Assembly (NCBI GenBank): GCA_963850905.1
Contig: CAWKMU010000003.1
Coordinates: 1,760,001 to 1,824,000 of the forward strand
Source of the DNA: an uncultured Gemmatimonadales bacterium
GTDB taxonomy: Bacteria > Gemmatimonadota > Gemmatimonadetes > Gemmatimonadales > Gemmatimonadaceae
Reading direction: 5' to 3'
DNA: 64,000 nt
Part shown: one piece after another, positions 20,633-30,649 of the stretch
Numbering within the stretch: the first letter of the stretch is position 1
Layout of the letters: the number at the start of each line of letters is the position of its first letter
Notes under the pieces: model-generated
Databases searched by the model: none
Seen by the model: only the letters and a program-made list of their open reading frames with translations
What the model was told of the DNA's origin: nothing
Position numbers and translations under genes: made by a program

Positions 20633-21298
20633 ATGTTCTCCTTCACGCGCGGGCGCTGCGCGCCCGAGAAAGCCGCGGAGCAAGACACCGAACGTAATGA
20701 CGGTCCGGCCGCGTGCGCCGGGTCGCCTCCTCGGCGCCGCGGGTTTACGGTGATCGAGATGGTGATCGTCGTCACACTGGTCGCCATCGTCACCGCGATT
20801 GCGATGCCCAAGATCAACTACACCGCGTGGCGGGTCGATGTCGGCGCGCGCGGCATTCGCGCCGCGCTCCAGAAGGCGGCGACGTTGGCCGTGGCGTCAC
20901 AGCACAACATGCTGGTCGCCGTCGACGTGCCCAACGGTCGCATGTTCATCGTCGAAGACGTGAACAACAATCTGCAGGCTGATCCGGGCGAACGTGTCAC
21001 CTCGGTCGCTCTGCAAGACGGTGTCATCTTCGCTGTCCCCGGCAGCACGTGGGCCGGCGCGCCGGCGCCGACGGGCGCCATCACTGGCACGACGCTCGCG
21101 ACCATCGGCGTCAACGGCCAGTCGCTTCCGGGGTTCGTCTTCCGCTGTGACGGCGCCGCGAGCACCGACGCGCAGATCTATGTGTCGTCGACGCGCGGGC
21201 TGGCCACGGATTTCCGTGGCGTCAACGTCACGCAGACAACCAGCCGCACGGACTGGTATCGCGACGAGGGGGCGATATGGACGCCCGGCGGGTTCTGA
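20633..21298 (+). CDS. FimT/FimU-like minor pilin (start uncertain)
   Basis: RRRG|FTVIEMVIVVTLVAIVTAIAMP; GspH/FimT-like body with D.NNN...DPGE. Confidence 0.8.
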   Translation: MFSFTRGRCAPEKAAEQDTERNDGPAACAGSPPRRRGFTVIEMVIVVTLVAIVTAIAMPKINYTAWRVDVGARGIRAALQKAATLAVASQHNMLVAVDVPNGRMFIVEDVNNNLQADPGERVTSVALQDGVIFAVPGSTWAGAPAPTGAITGTTLATIGVNGQSLPGFVFRCDGAASTDAQIYVSSTRGLATDFRGVNVTQTTSRTDWYRDEGAIWTPGGF

Positions 21299-21697
21299 TG
21301 CGCTCCGCAACGCGCACCCGCCGCACGCCGCGGGATGACGCTGATCGAGACGATGGTGGCCATCACGATCCTCGCGACCGCGCTCATTGGGCTCGGGGAT
21401 TTCATGGGTCACTTCGCTCACACCACCAAGGTGTCTGCGCTCCAGCAACGTGCGCTCGATCTCGCCTCGGACCGGATCGATTCGGTCAAGCACTGCAACA
21501 ACTACGCGTCGATCGACAGCATGGCCGGCACGCAAGCCGTCGCAGCCGACTCCGCGACGTACTCGCTGCAAACGATCGTCGACCATGTCGGCGGTGGCTC
21601 GAGCGACACGGTCGACTATCGGGTCGTCACGGTGGCCGTCACCATGCCGACCGTGCAGACGCCGGTTCGCAAGACCACCATCATTTCGGCCTTCTAG
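21298..21697 (+). CDS. PilV-like minor pilin (leader probably displaced by a +1 insertion near 21301)
   Basis: RRG|MTLIETMVAITILATALIGL. The only plausible ATG for the leader overlaps the previous stop (TGATG) in a shifted frame; removing one base gives MAPQRAPAARRG|M. Confidence 0.75.
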
Positions 21698-21709
21698 GGA
21701 CTTTCTTCC

Positions 21710-22964
21710 ATGCGTCCACGCTCTCGTTGGCCCCAAGACTCGTGGGAGAAGGCGCGGTGCGCGGGCGCTCCGGCCGGTGTGAACCGTGCCGGACGCACCG
21801 CCCACCGGAGCGATAATCGGCCGGTCCCAGGCGCACAGCTCGCCGGCGGCTTCACGCTGGTCGAGATCATGATCGCGATGACGCTCTTCACGATCCTCGG
21901 CGCGGCGGCCTTGAGCTTCATCGTGCGGCAAACGCGTGCCGTCACGCTCACGGCCGGGCGCCTCGATGCCCAGCAGAACGTGAGCTTCGCCATGGATGAG
22001 ATGGCCCATGATCTCCGGGTTGCCGGCGGGGGACTGGGCCTGCGGCAGCCAATGATCATCGAGGCGCATCCGTACGCCGTGACCTTCAACGCGGATCTCG
22101 TGACGACCGATACCGCGACCGTGACGTCCGCCAGTTACTACGATCCAAACGTTCCCAACGCGCTCGCCGTTGCGCTCACGCCCGCAAACCACATCGTGCT
22201 GCCCTACTCGCCGGTGACCTATCCGGACAGCACGTACTTGCAGGGCACAGGGCTGATCAGCAACGCCGAGACCATCTCCTATTGGGTGACCCCCGATTCG
22301 ACGACGCTGCGCCCCGACGACTATCTCTTGCTCAGGCAGGTCAACAATGCGCCGCCCACTGTCGTCGCACGGGGGCTCGTGTTCCCCACGGGCGGGCCGG
22401 CCTTCCGCTACTTCATGCCCGGAACGACCGTCAACTCGCGTGTCGAGCTGACCGCGCCGACGCTTCCCCTGTATTTCAAAGAGGGCAACATCGGACCGGA
22501 CACGATGCTCGCCAAGCTGAGCGAGGTCCGCGTCCAGCTCGATGGCGGTATATAAAGACCCCATCGAGGGGGACGTCTACCGCAGCGTGAACGAAAACGT
22601 CCCGCTGCTCAACGCAGGATTGCTCCACGCCTCTGCGTGCGGCGTGCCGCCTCAGGCACCGGTATCGATCACGCCGACCGCGTGGCCGAGCGGTGACAGC
22701 ATCGGTGTGACGTGGCCTGCGTCGAACGATGAGCTCGGCGGACAGCGCGACGTCAAGAGCTACTCCATATACCGGCGAGACACCACGGGCGGCAGTTGGG
22801 GCACTCCGATCTACACTGTGCCCGGTGCCGGTACGCCCACGTACGCGTTCGAGGACAAGACGGTCCCGCTTGGCCAGAATTACGAGTACGGTGTCGTTGC
22901 GCGCGACTGCACGCCGGCGTTGTCGACGCTGACCGCGTCCGGCACTGTCACGCCGAACCCGTGA
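21710..22964 (+). CDS. PilW-like minor pilin with a C-terminal fibronectin III-like domain (apparent +1 frameshift near 22540)
   Basis: G|FTLVEIMIAM, QQNV..AMDEM..DLR.AG. The second part (TWPAS..D..SYSIYRR..FEDKTV....YEYGVVARD) is FN3-like. Confidence 0.75.
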
Positions 22965-22981
22965 AACGCTGGGAGCTTTCG

Positions 22982-25126
22982 ATGCACGTCATCAGAGCGC
23001 AGTCAAGGAGTGGCATGGTCACCGGCCTCCGCGCCCGTCGCGGGTCCGCGATCTTTCTCGTGATGGTCATGACGATCGCGCTCGCTGCACTGGCCGCATC
23101 GGCCATGCTCATGGCGTCGGGCGCGGGCCTTGTGTCCAACTATCACAGCCAGGAACGCGACCTCCTGTACGGTGGAGAGGCCGCGCTCCAGGCCGGCATG
23201 AGTGACCTCAGCAACAATCCGTACGTGCTGCCCGAGAGCGGGTACGTGCAGATCGCGAGCAATGCGCAGCTCGTGGCAGCGGACGGTTCGAACGTGCCGA
23301 ACGTGGTCTACGATCTCTACGCCGGCCCGACCGGATCGGCGACGCAGCAACAGGGGCGGTTCGTCACGGTGGTGGCGATCGCGAAAGACACCGCGCGGCA
23401 GCGCGAATTCATCCGACGTGTCGAGCTCAATCAGGAGACGTTCTCGCGATTCGCCTACTTCTCGGTCTCCGAGAACGGCATCTGCTTCGGTTCCAACGAC
23501 CGCCTGAACGGGCCAGTCTTCTCCGACGATGTCATCACGACGTGTGGCGCACCGCAGAAGGCCGATTTCATGGACTCAGTGTGGACGCCACAGACGTTCG
23601 TCAACGGCGACCCCGCGCAGGATACACTCTACGATGGGTGGACCAAGGTCGCACAGCCGCTGCAACTGCCGAGCACCGCGGCGCTGGCAGGGCTGTATCC
23701 CCTGGCGGCAGCGGGCGGGACGCAGTTCACGACGCCCAATACGGCCACCGATTCGACGTCGGCGATTCTGTCGCGCCTCGAGTTCGACGCCTATGACCTG
23801 AACGGCGACGGCGACAGCATCCAGGCTGGTGAAGGGTTTGTGAAGTTCTATCAGGTCGACGTTGGGACCAAACCGCTCGTGCCATCGCCAACGGGGTCGT
23901 GGACGCCGGCGCAGCTGGACTCCGTCGCCGTTGGCTATCTGCGCTCGGGGATCACGCGCCAGCACGACAACAACAACTGTGGTGAGTGGCGCTACGTACA
24001 AGACGACAACGGCAATCTGGAGTGGGAGTTCTTCCCGATGGCCGTGCACGCGACCGCGTGGTACAAGACGATCGTCGGCAACGCGGTCGGCGGCGCCGTG
24101 CCCCCCGCCATCTCGAGCGCGAACCACACTGAGGCGACGGTTGTTGGCGCATTCGCGCCGGCAGACACGATAACGTTGACCGGGGTGACCAAGTTCCCCG
24201 CGCGCAACGGCGACTCATCTCACCCGCCACGCTGCTACCTGGGCGGTGACCCGCGGCTGGTCTCGATCGAGCGTGACACCTCCGCGGCCGCGCCGATGCG
24301 GACGGGTTCGCAGTGGGGCACCATGGGCTGGACCTACGGCCGCCGCGGCGGCACGGACACCACATTCACCGGCGGCGACCCCAGCGATGCGGCGCATCCC
24401 ACACGGATGGGGCACTGGATCCCGTGGACCGGAGCGACTCCCGCGGCCTTTACCCCGGCATTCCAGGCCTCTCACCCGGACTGGCGCTATCTCTTCCCCA
24501 TCAGCCAGACGTACAACCCGAGCTTCAGGGGCGTCATCGCAGTCCACGGGAGCGTCGGCGTGAGCGGGAACGTCCAAGGCCACGTCACGATGTATAGCGA
24601 TGGCTTCATCGCCGTCCTGGACAACCTGCGATTGACGGACGATGCCGATACGACCTGCCAACATCTCATGGGAATGGTTGCGGGCCAGGACATTCTGGCG
24701 GCCGACAACGGGGTCAATTCACCTGCGGGCGACAATGCCCTACGGCTCAACATGCGCGGCGGGTCGAGCGACCTCTGGGTCGAATCAACCATCTTTGCGC
24801 TATCGTCGTGGGGCGCCGAAGGGCTCGTGCAGGATCCCGGCGTCCTGTTCGTGCCGCTCCAGCAGGCATGCAACGCGCAAAACTACGCCCGCGGCTGCCT
24901 GCATGTGCAGGGGAGCATCATCCAGAACACGCGCCAAGGCGTGAACGGTGGTAACGGAACGACGACCGGGTACGGCTACGCGAAGCAATACAACTTTGAC
25001 AATTGCTCGGTCGAGAACCCGCTCCCGTTCTTCCCGACCACCGGCCGCTTCAGCGTGAACAACTACTATGAGAGCGATCCGGTGCACTTCAATGTCGCCG
25101 CGTTGTTTGCCGCGCTGAAACCCTGA
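22982..25126 (+). CDS. Large PilX-like minor pilin with a C-terminal putative adhesin domain
   Basis: GGGAG RBS; RRG|SAIFLVMV (no E5, typical of PilX), YGGEAALQ; about 600-aa C-terminal region ending GYAKQYNFD...PLPFFP. Confidence 0.75.
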   Translation: MHVIRAQSRSGMVTGLRARRGSAIFLVMVMTIALAALAASAMLMASGAGLVSNYHSQERDLLYGGEAALQAGMSDLSNNPYVLPESGYVQIASNAQLVAADGSNVPNVVYDLYAGPTGSATQQQGRFVTVVAIAKDTARQREFIRRVELNQETFSRFAYFSVSENGICFGSNDRLNGPVFSDDVITTCGAPQKADFMDSVWTPQTFVNGDPAQDTLYDGWTKVAQPLQLPSTAALAGLYPLAAAGGTQFTTPNTATDSTSAILSRLEFDAYDLNGDGDSIQAGEGFVKFYQVDVGTKPLVPSPTGSWTPAQLDSVAVGYLRSGITRQHDNNNCGEWRYVQDDNGNLEWEFFPMAVHATAWYKTIVGNAVGGAVPPAISSANHTEATVVGAFAPADTITLTGVTKFPARNGDSSHPPRCYLGGDPRLVSIERDTSAAAPMRTGSQWGTMGWTYGRRGGTDTTFTGGDPSDAAHPTRMGHWIPWTGATPAAFTPAFQASHPDWRYLFPISQTYNPSFRGVIAVHGSVGVSGNVQGHVTMYSDGFIAVLDNLRLTDDADTTCQHLMGMVAGQDILAADNGVNSPAGDNALRLNMRGGSSDLWVESTIFALSSWGAEGLVQDPGVLFVPLQQACNAQNYARGCLHVQGSIIQNTRQGVNGGNGTTTGYGYAKQYNFDNCSVENPLPFFPTTGRFSVNNYYESDPVHFNVAALFAALKP

Positions 25127-25158
25127 ATGACACGCGCCGAAAACCAAATCTCTGTCGC

Positions 25159-26031
25159 CTATGCCTTGGCCTTCCCCCCGCCGTGGCTCTCGGACGATGC
25201 CCCGCCTCCACTCTTGGGCGCGCTTCTCGGTTCACCGCGGGGTGCACGTGTGTTAGACGGGTGAGCAGCGGGTGCTGTCGCCTCGGGCTCCACTGGTGCG
25301 CGGGCGAGCTGCATCCGTTGCGAGGCCAGGGTGACGGTGGGAAGCGAACGGTCGTAGTAGGGACCCGCCCACGGCGGGAGCCAGCCCCAACTCCACGGGC
25401 CCGGCCCCCAAATGCGGGGTACTGAGATCGGCGGCGCCGCGGCGCGAGGCGGCGGAGCGCTACCACCCGACGACGGCATTGCTGAGGATGTGCGGACGGC
25501 CGCGGTGTCGATCACGAAGGCGACGATGTCATAGTCGAACCGGCCGCGCGCCACGCCTTTCACGAACGCGGTGAGCTGTGACTCGACCGCGTTTGGATTT
25601 TCTACCCGCGGGATGGCGCGATAATCCCAATGTCCGTTGGTCGCCACTTCGTCGAGCCGGAAGGGCAGGTCGGAGATTGCCGCGTACCAGGTGCCGGACC
25701 CGGACGAGTCCTCGACGGTGAACGCGGCCCGACCGCCACGGCTCAATATCTCGATGTCGGTGTCTGCACTCACCCGGTCCGACAGGCCAGGATCGATAGG
25801 CCAGGCGATGCTGACATGGCCGTCCGGGTTGGCATAGAGGACGACCAGGTATCCATCCTGCCCGACCTGCACGCGGACCTGCCCGTCCGATCCGGGCGTG
25901 TACCGTGCTTGGTCGAGGAAGAGGCGGACGGGAATACCGTCCGCAACGTGCGGTGGCACAGCCGGACGTACCGGCCTGGCATGCATCGGGACTGCAGCAG
26001 CAACAGCGGCAAGCAAGGCGGCGACACGCAT
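25159..26031 (-). CDS. Secreted DUF4384-like protein with Pro-rich tail
   Basis: Signal peptide; Y.PG....VRV....DGYLVVL..NPDG.V..AWP.DP. Confidence 0.65.
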   Translation of the reverse strand: MRVAALLAAVAAAVPMHARPVRPAVPPHVADGIPVRLFLDQARYTPGSDGQVRVQVGQDGYLVVLYANPDGHVSIAWPIDPGLSDRVSADTDIEILSRGGRAAFTVEDSSGSGTWYAAISDLPFRLDEVATNGHWDYRAIPRVENPNAVESQLTAFVKGVARGRFDYDIVAFVIDTAAVRTSSAMPSSGGSAPPPRAAAPPISVPRIWGPGPWSWGWLPPWAGPYYDRSLPTVTLASQRMQLARAPVEPEATAPAAHPSNTRAPRGEPRSAPKSGGGASSESHGGGKAKA

Positions 26032-26187
26032 GGGTCAACTCCTGGCGGTCAGCTGAGGCAAGAGGCCGTCACCGGCACCAACGATGAATCTAGATGTTGT
26101 ACACCAATGTGCGGTCGTTGGACCGGCAGCCTGCTCCCAACGCCCCGTCAGCCCCGACGCTTCGCCCTTCTCCCCGCGTTCCGCGTC

Positions 26188-27066
26188 CTATTGTCGCAAA
26201 GGCAAAACGTAGGTCCCACCGACCTCCGGCTGCCCATCAGTGTGCACACCATTATCGTCGCGCGCAAAGATGACGCGAGTGCCGACTCGGATCGACACGT
26301 GAGGCAGCGCCGCCGCTGGCGGCAACTGAACGTCATACGTCACGCCGGGCGTCCCGTGAGCATCAACAGTGATCGTGCCATTCCCGACGATGTATGTCGG
26401 ACCGTCTGCGCTCGCAGTCACTGACACCTGCGAGGCAACCGCCGGCAAAATGCGCACCACGCTGCTCGATTCCGGGCTGCGAAAGACGAGATCAACCCTG
26501 CCGCTCCCGGGGATCGCCACGCCGCGCGGCGACGCTGGTGCCATCGCCGGTGCGGCGCTCGTGACGATAGCAGGGGCTACGGGCGCGGGCGCTGACGCAC
26601 GCGGGCGGCTGATGATGCGCGCGATGAATTGTCGCACCGGCGAATGTGGTGCGGCCGCTGCCGCCGCCGCGGCACTCAGGGCGAGGATCACAGCGCTCCG
26701 TCTGACCGCGACCGCAAGCGTCGAGCGATGCGGCTGCGCGGCGTCGGGCCCGGATGCCGCCGCGCCTCGCTGCGCGACCAGGCGCCGCCGGCCTCGCCCG
26801 AGAGCCGCCCGTTCGATCGCGCCGCCGGCGACGTGAGCTCGGTCGAAGTCGATCGTTTGCGCCTCGAGGAAGGACACGTTGAGCGCGGGGGCGGGGTGAT
26901 CCAGCAGGCGCAGCAGATCACCCACCTCGCGGTCGGCTGTTTGTGCCGTCGCGATGGCGCTCATACACTCTTCGCAGGTCGCGGCATGCGCTCGCGCATC
27001 GTGGCCGCTCGCCCCTCCTCCAGAGGGATCGAGCGCGGCGGCGAGGTCCGCATCATTGAGATGCAT
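26188..27066 (-). CDS. Zinc-binding (zf-HC2/ZAS) membrane anti-sigma factor
   Basis: MHL.D..L, HAATCEEC (HxxxCxxC), hydrophobic segment; overlaps the stop of the ECF sigma gene. Confidence 0.75.
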   Translation of the reverse strand: MHLNDADLAAALDPSGGGASGHDARAHAATCEECMSAIATAQTADREVGDLLRLLDHPAPALNVSFLEAQTIDFDRAHVAGGAIERAALGRGRRRLVAQRGAAASGPDAAQPHRSTLAVAVRRSAVILALSAAAAAAAAPHSPVRQFIARIISRPRASAPAPVAPAIVTSAAPAMAPASPRGVAIPGSGRVDLVFRSPESSSVVRILPAVASQVSVTASADGPTYIVGNGTITVDAHGTPGVTYDVQLPPAAALPHVSIRVGTRVIFARDDNGVHTDGQPEVGGTYVLPLRQ

Positions 27067-27628
27067 GGCGTACTCCAGGGCCAATGGTCGTGCCCGTGCC
27101 AGACCGCACGTGCCGGGCGTCAACCGCGCCGCGAAACATGCGTGTGGCACGCACCAATAAGGTGCCTACACTACTTTCCGCCACGCCGACGGCTTGGGCC
27201 AGCTCCCGATAGCTGTAGCCTTCGTGGCGGAGCAACAGAAGAGCCCGATCGCGTTCGGGCAAGGCATCGAGTGCGGCGCGCACCTGCGACCGAGTCTCCC
27301 GGACCAACGCATCGGCGTCCGCTGCGGCCGGTTCGCTGGCGTGAGTCTCGGTCCCGTGCTCGAGAACGAGCTCCGCTCGCCGGCGCGCCTGGCGGCGTTG
27401 ATCACGAAAGAGGTTCGTCGCCACCGTCGCGAGCCACGCACGCGGGTCGTCCGGCATGGTGCCGCGTCGGTGTAGACGGACGAACGTGTCCTGGGCGAGG
27501 TCTTGGGCCAAGTCGGGGTCGCCGGTTAGGCGGTCGAGGTACCGAAACAACGATTGAAAACGTGCGTGATACAGCGCGGACAGCGCGTCCGCGAAGGAAT
27601 CGCCACCGGAAGGACGAACCGTCGTCAT
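27053..27628 (-). CDS. ECF sigma factor
   Basis: AQDLAQDTFV, RAWLATVATN, LPERDR.LLLLR.EGYSYRELA..VGV.ESSVGTLL.RA. Confidence 0.92.
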   Translation of the reverse strand: MTTVRPSGGDSFADALSALYHARFQSLFRYLDRLTGDPDLAQDLAQDTFVRLHRRGTMPDDPRAWLATVATNLFRDQRRQARRRAELVLEHGTETHASEPAAADADALVRETRSQVRAALDALPERDRALLLLRHEGYSYRELAQAVGVAESSVGTLLVRATRMFRGAVDARHVRSGTGTTIGPGVRHASQ

Positions 27629-27695
27629 CGGAGCGAGCACAATAGAGGAGCGGCTGAGGGCGGCGCTTTATGACAAAAGATCCCTGCCGGCACGT

Positions 27696-30167
27696 TCAGT
27701 ACGCCCAGCCAATGCCAACCAGGAGCGTACGGGGCAGGAGTGGGATGCCACGCAGTGAGCCCCCCGGCCCGGTCGGGAGCGCGTCGACCAGGTTGGCGTG
27801 GTTGAAGATGTTGGCGAGGGTGGCATACGTGGAGAGCCGACCGTTCGCGGGACCGGTACGCCAACGGTGAGCGAGTTGCAGGTCGGCTCGGAGATACGGC
27901 GGCAGTCTCAGCGTTGTCGCCCACGGCAGCCCAAAGTCGCGCTCTGCCAGTCCGAGCGTCGATGGGGCACCTCCCTCATCGGCGTGGGTCATCGACATCC
28001 CGTCCAGCCCTGGCGCGCGTTGCCCAAACGCGGCCCAACCAGCGAGGCGCACCTCCGTCAGGCGATCGAGGGCAAACCCGACGGCCGCAGACCCGGTCTC
28101 CCCAAGCTCCGAGGTGGGGTGGTAGCGTAGGCCGTCTGCGGACTCGACTGTGCGGCCGACGCCGTACCCGGCCTGCCACGTGACCGGTCCACCTCCGCCT
28201 TGCAGCAGCGCCGACATGCCGCTCACGTGTGCCGATGCGCGGGCAAAGCTCGTCGCAGCAAACACCCCGGACTGCAGAGGATTTGCGATGGCGAGTCCCG
28301 ACAGCGAACGCACGTACCCGTCGACGGACAGTTTGCCTGCGGCGCCAAGCGAGGTGGTGATGCCAGCGGTCCCGATGTCGCTCTGCGCGAGAGGTACGCC
28401 ACCAGGACTGGCTGCGACTGGGAGATCGAGCCCCAGCTCCAATCCGAGCGGCGACTCGGTGTTGCGAAGTGACTGCACGACTTCGTGCGTTCGCGCGTAG
28501 CCGGCCGTCAGCGTGATGCCGCCCAGCACACGCACGCTCGCATCAACCCTCGGCTCGAGTCGCGCAGCCATCCCGAGAACGGTCATGCCGCGCACGCCAG
28601 TCGTGACGTGCCACGTGCTGTCGCCGTCGTCCGGACCCCACCGTCGCTCCACGAACGCGGCCGCCGTGGTCGGCGCGCTCGTGAGCGCGAGGGGCGTCAA
28701 GCTCGCCAGCATCGCAGGCGGCGCGAATGGCATGGCCTGGCCAGGGGCGGCCGTCGGCAGGGCTGAAACCCGATAACTGACGCTGAGTGCGTCCATCGAG
28801 ACGCCTAGCGTCATTGCCTGCCATGCGAGTTGCGACGAAAGCTCGGTTTGTTGTACGCCGTCGCCCAGGCTGGGGCCCAAGCTGTCGGCGACCCCTGGCA
28901 CGGTCGTCACGAAGCGCGATGCGGATAGGCGTGTCTCCAACTGTGCTGCGGTGCCGAGCTGCTGTGTCCAGATCAAGCCACCGGTCGCCGTACTCCACGG
29001 GACGGCGTTCGGGGAGAGTGCGGCGGTCGGCATGCCGATGCCGTTGGGGATCGCGCGGTCGTTGCTTGCGAGCACAACCAGCTTGAGTGCCGTGGCGCCG
29101 GTCGCGAGTGACGCCGTCACGACGCCATCGGCCCATCGGTCGGGGACTGGGCCGGCATCATTCGACAGCTCCGGCAAGTCGCCGTTGCTGCGTCGCACCG
29201 CAACGAGGATCCCTCCGGACGCGTTGCCAATGGTCATGGGCTGCGCCAAGGTCGCGCGCACGGCCGAGGGGCCAATCGATGCCGCGCCGGTCCAGCCGAG
29301 AGACGGCGCGTCGCGCGTGCTCACATCGACGACACCACCCAATCGATCGCCGTAGGCGGCTTGCATCGCGCCGTCGTGCACGTCGATGCCGCTGACGGCG
29401 TCGGGACTGATGACGCTCAGCGTCCCGGATCCATGGACCGGGTTCCAGACCGGTAGCCCGTCGATCCGCACCAAGAGTTGGTCGGAGGTGCCGCCACGAT
29501 CCGCCAGACCTCCGGGCCAGTCAGGACGCATGGAGAAGTGCGGGTCACCCCCAAGTGTACTGACGAGGTCGGGCTCTCCCGTCGAGAGGTCGGAGGCGGA
29601 CGGGTCGCCGCGCCAGCTCCATGTGCTGGCGGTGCCGTCCGCGTTTGGTATCGAGGGGGCGCCGGCCGCCGCTCGCGATGCACTGACCCGGACCGAGTCG
29701 AGTACCACGAGCCTCGGTGACAGCGTGAGATCGACGCGAACTTCGCCGCGCGAAGGCAGTGTCACCGTGACAGCGAGAGGGTCGTACCCAGCTCGCACCG
29801 CGTGCACGGTGACCGCGCCGGTGGAGAGCCCGCTCAGCCGATAAGAGCCGGCACTATCGGAGCACACCGACGCGTTCAACTCGGGGATCGCCAGCCGGAC
29901 ACCGGGGAGTACGCTCCCGAAAACGCCATTGCGCACGACGCCGACAATGGTGGCCAGATGAGCGCTATCGGGCAATGTGTTGGCCGCGAGCGACGGCTGG
30001 GCACCAGGCGCGCAGTCGTCGACCGGATCAGTGAGGGCGAGCGCGGATGCCGGAACGGCCACGAGACCGGCGGTCGCACACGCAAAGAGGCGCGCGCGAA
30101 TAGCCGCCCCGCGAGGAAGCGGTCTTGCCCACCGGTGCCTGCTCGGACCACCCCGACTCAATGGCAT
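27696..30167 (-). CDS. TonB-dependent outer-membrane receptor with N-terminal carboxypeptidase-regulatory-like domain
   Basis: SDSAGSYRL, RGGTSDQLLVRIDGLPVWNP.H plug, YGDRLGGVV, EPR, RLPPYLRAD, NIFN..N, C-terminal aromatic residue. Confidence 0.82.
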   Translation of the reverse strand: MPLSRGGPSRHRWARPLPRGAAIRARLFACATAGLVAVPASALALTDPVDDCAPGAQPSLAANTLPDSAHLATIVGVVRNGVFGSVLPGVRLAIPELNASVCSDSAGSYRLSGLSTGAVTVHAVRAGYDPLAVTVTLPSRGEVRVDLTLSPRLVVLDSVRVSASRAAAGAPSIPNADGTASTWSWRGDPSASDLSTGEPDLVSTLGGDPHFSMRPDWPGGLADRGGTSDQLLVRIDGLPVWNPVHGSGTLSVISPDAVSGIDVHDGAMQAAYGDRLGGVVDVSTRDAPSLGWTGAASIGPSAVRATLAQPMTIGNASGGILVAVRRSNGDLPELSNDAGPVPDRWADGVVTASLATGATALKLVVLASNDRAIPNGIGMPTAALSPNAVPWSTATGGLIWTQQLGTAAQLETRLSASRFVTTVPGVADSLGPSLGDGVQQTELSSQLAWQAMTLGVSMDALSVSYRVSALPTAAPGQAMPFAPPAMLASLTPLALTSAPTTAAAFVERRWGPDDGDSTWHVTTGVRGMTVLGMAARLEPRVDASVRVLGGITLTAGYARTHEVVQSLRNTESPLGLELGLDLPVAASPGGVPLAQSDIGTAGITTSLGAAGKLSVDGYVRSLSGLAIANPLQSGVFAATSFARASAHVSGMSALLQGGGGPVTWQAGYGVGRTVESADGLRYHPTSELGETGSAAVGFALDRLTEVRLAGWAAFGQRAPGLDGMSMTHADEGGAPSTLGLAERDFGLPWATTLRLPPYLRADLQLAHRWRTGPANGRLSTYATLANIFNHANLVDALPTGPGGSLRGIPLLPRTLLVGIGWAY

Positions 30168-30649
30168 CGCGTATCGTCTTGTGTTCTTATGGTTGCAACC
30201 CCCATCGCGTTGGGTGGTTGCGCCCCCGCACCGGCAGCATCCGGGCATACACGACCACGGTTGTACCCCGCAATGCGCTGCAGGAGCCAGGAAATTTCTC
30301 GATTTCTTTACTCTGCTGTTGCGGGACTGACCAGAAACAGCTATATGGACCCTAGAGCGGGCTGGTCCGACCCTCAGCGCCCCCCGCCTCTCGCGCTCGG
30401 CCGCAGTACTCGCGCCAGGGGCGACGTGCGGGCGCGGGCGGACAGGACCGCTGTCGGGAACGCGCACGCCGGTCAGAAGTCCTCGTGTTTCCATAGGTGC
30501 GTTCGCCAGGGGCGAGCTCGGCAGCGTACCTGTAGTCTCGAGCCGTCACGGGACTGAAGCCTCGCCACGCAGTCGAGGGCGCCGCCCGAACAGGCTATTG
30601 GTCTGTTCGGCCGGCAGAGTGCGGTCGACACCCCACAGGGAGTGTTCTC

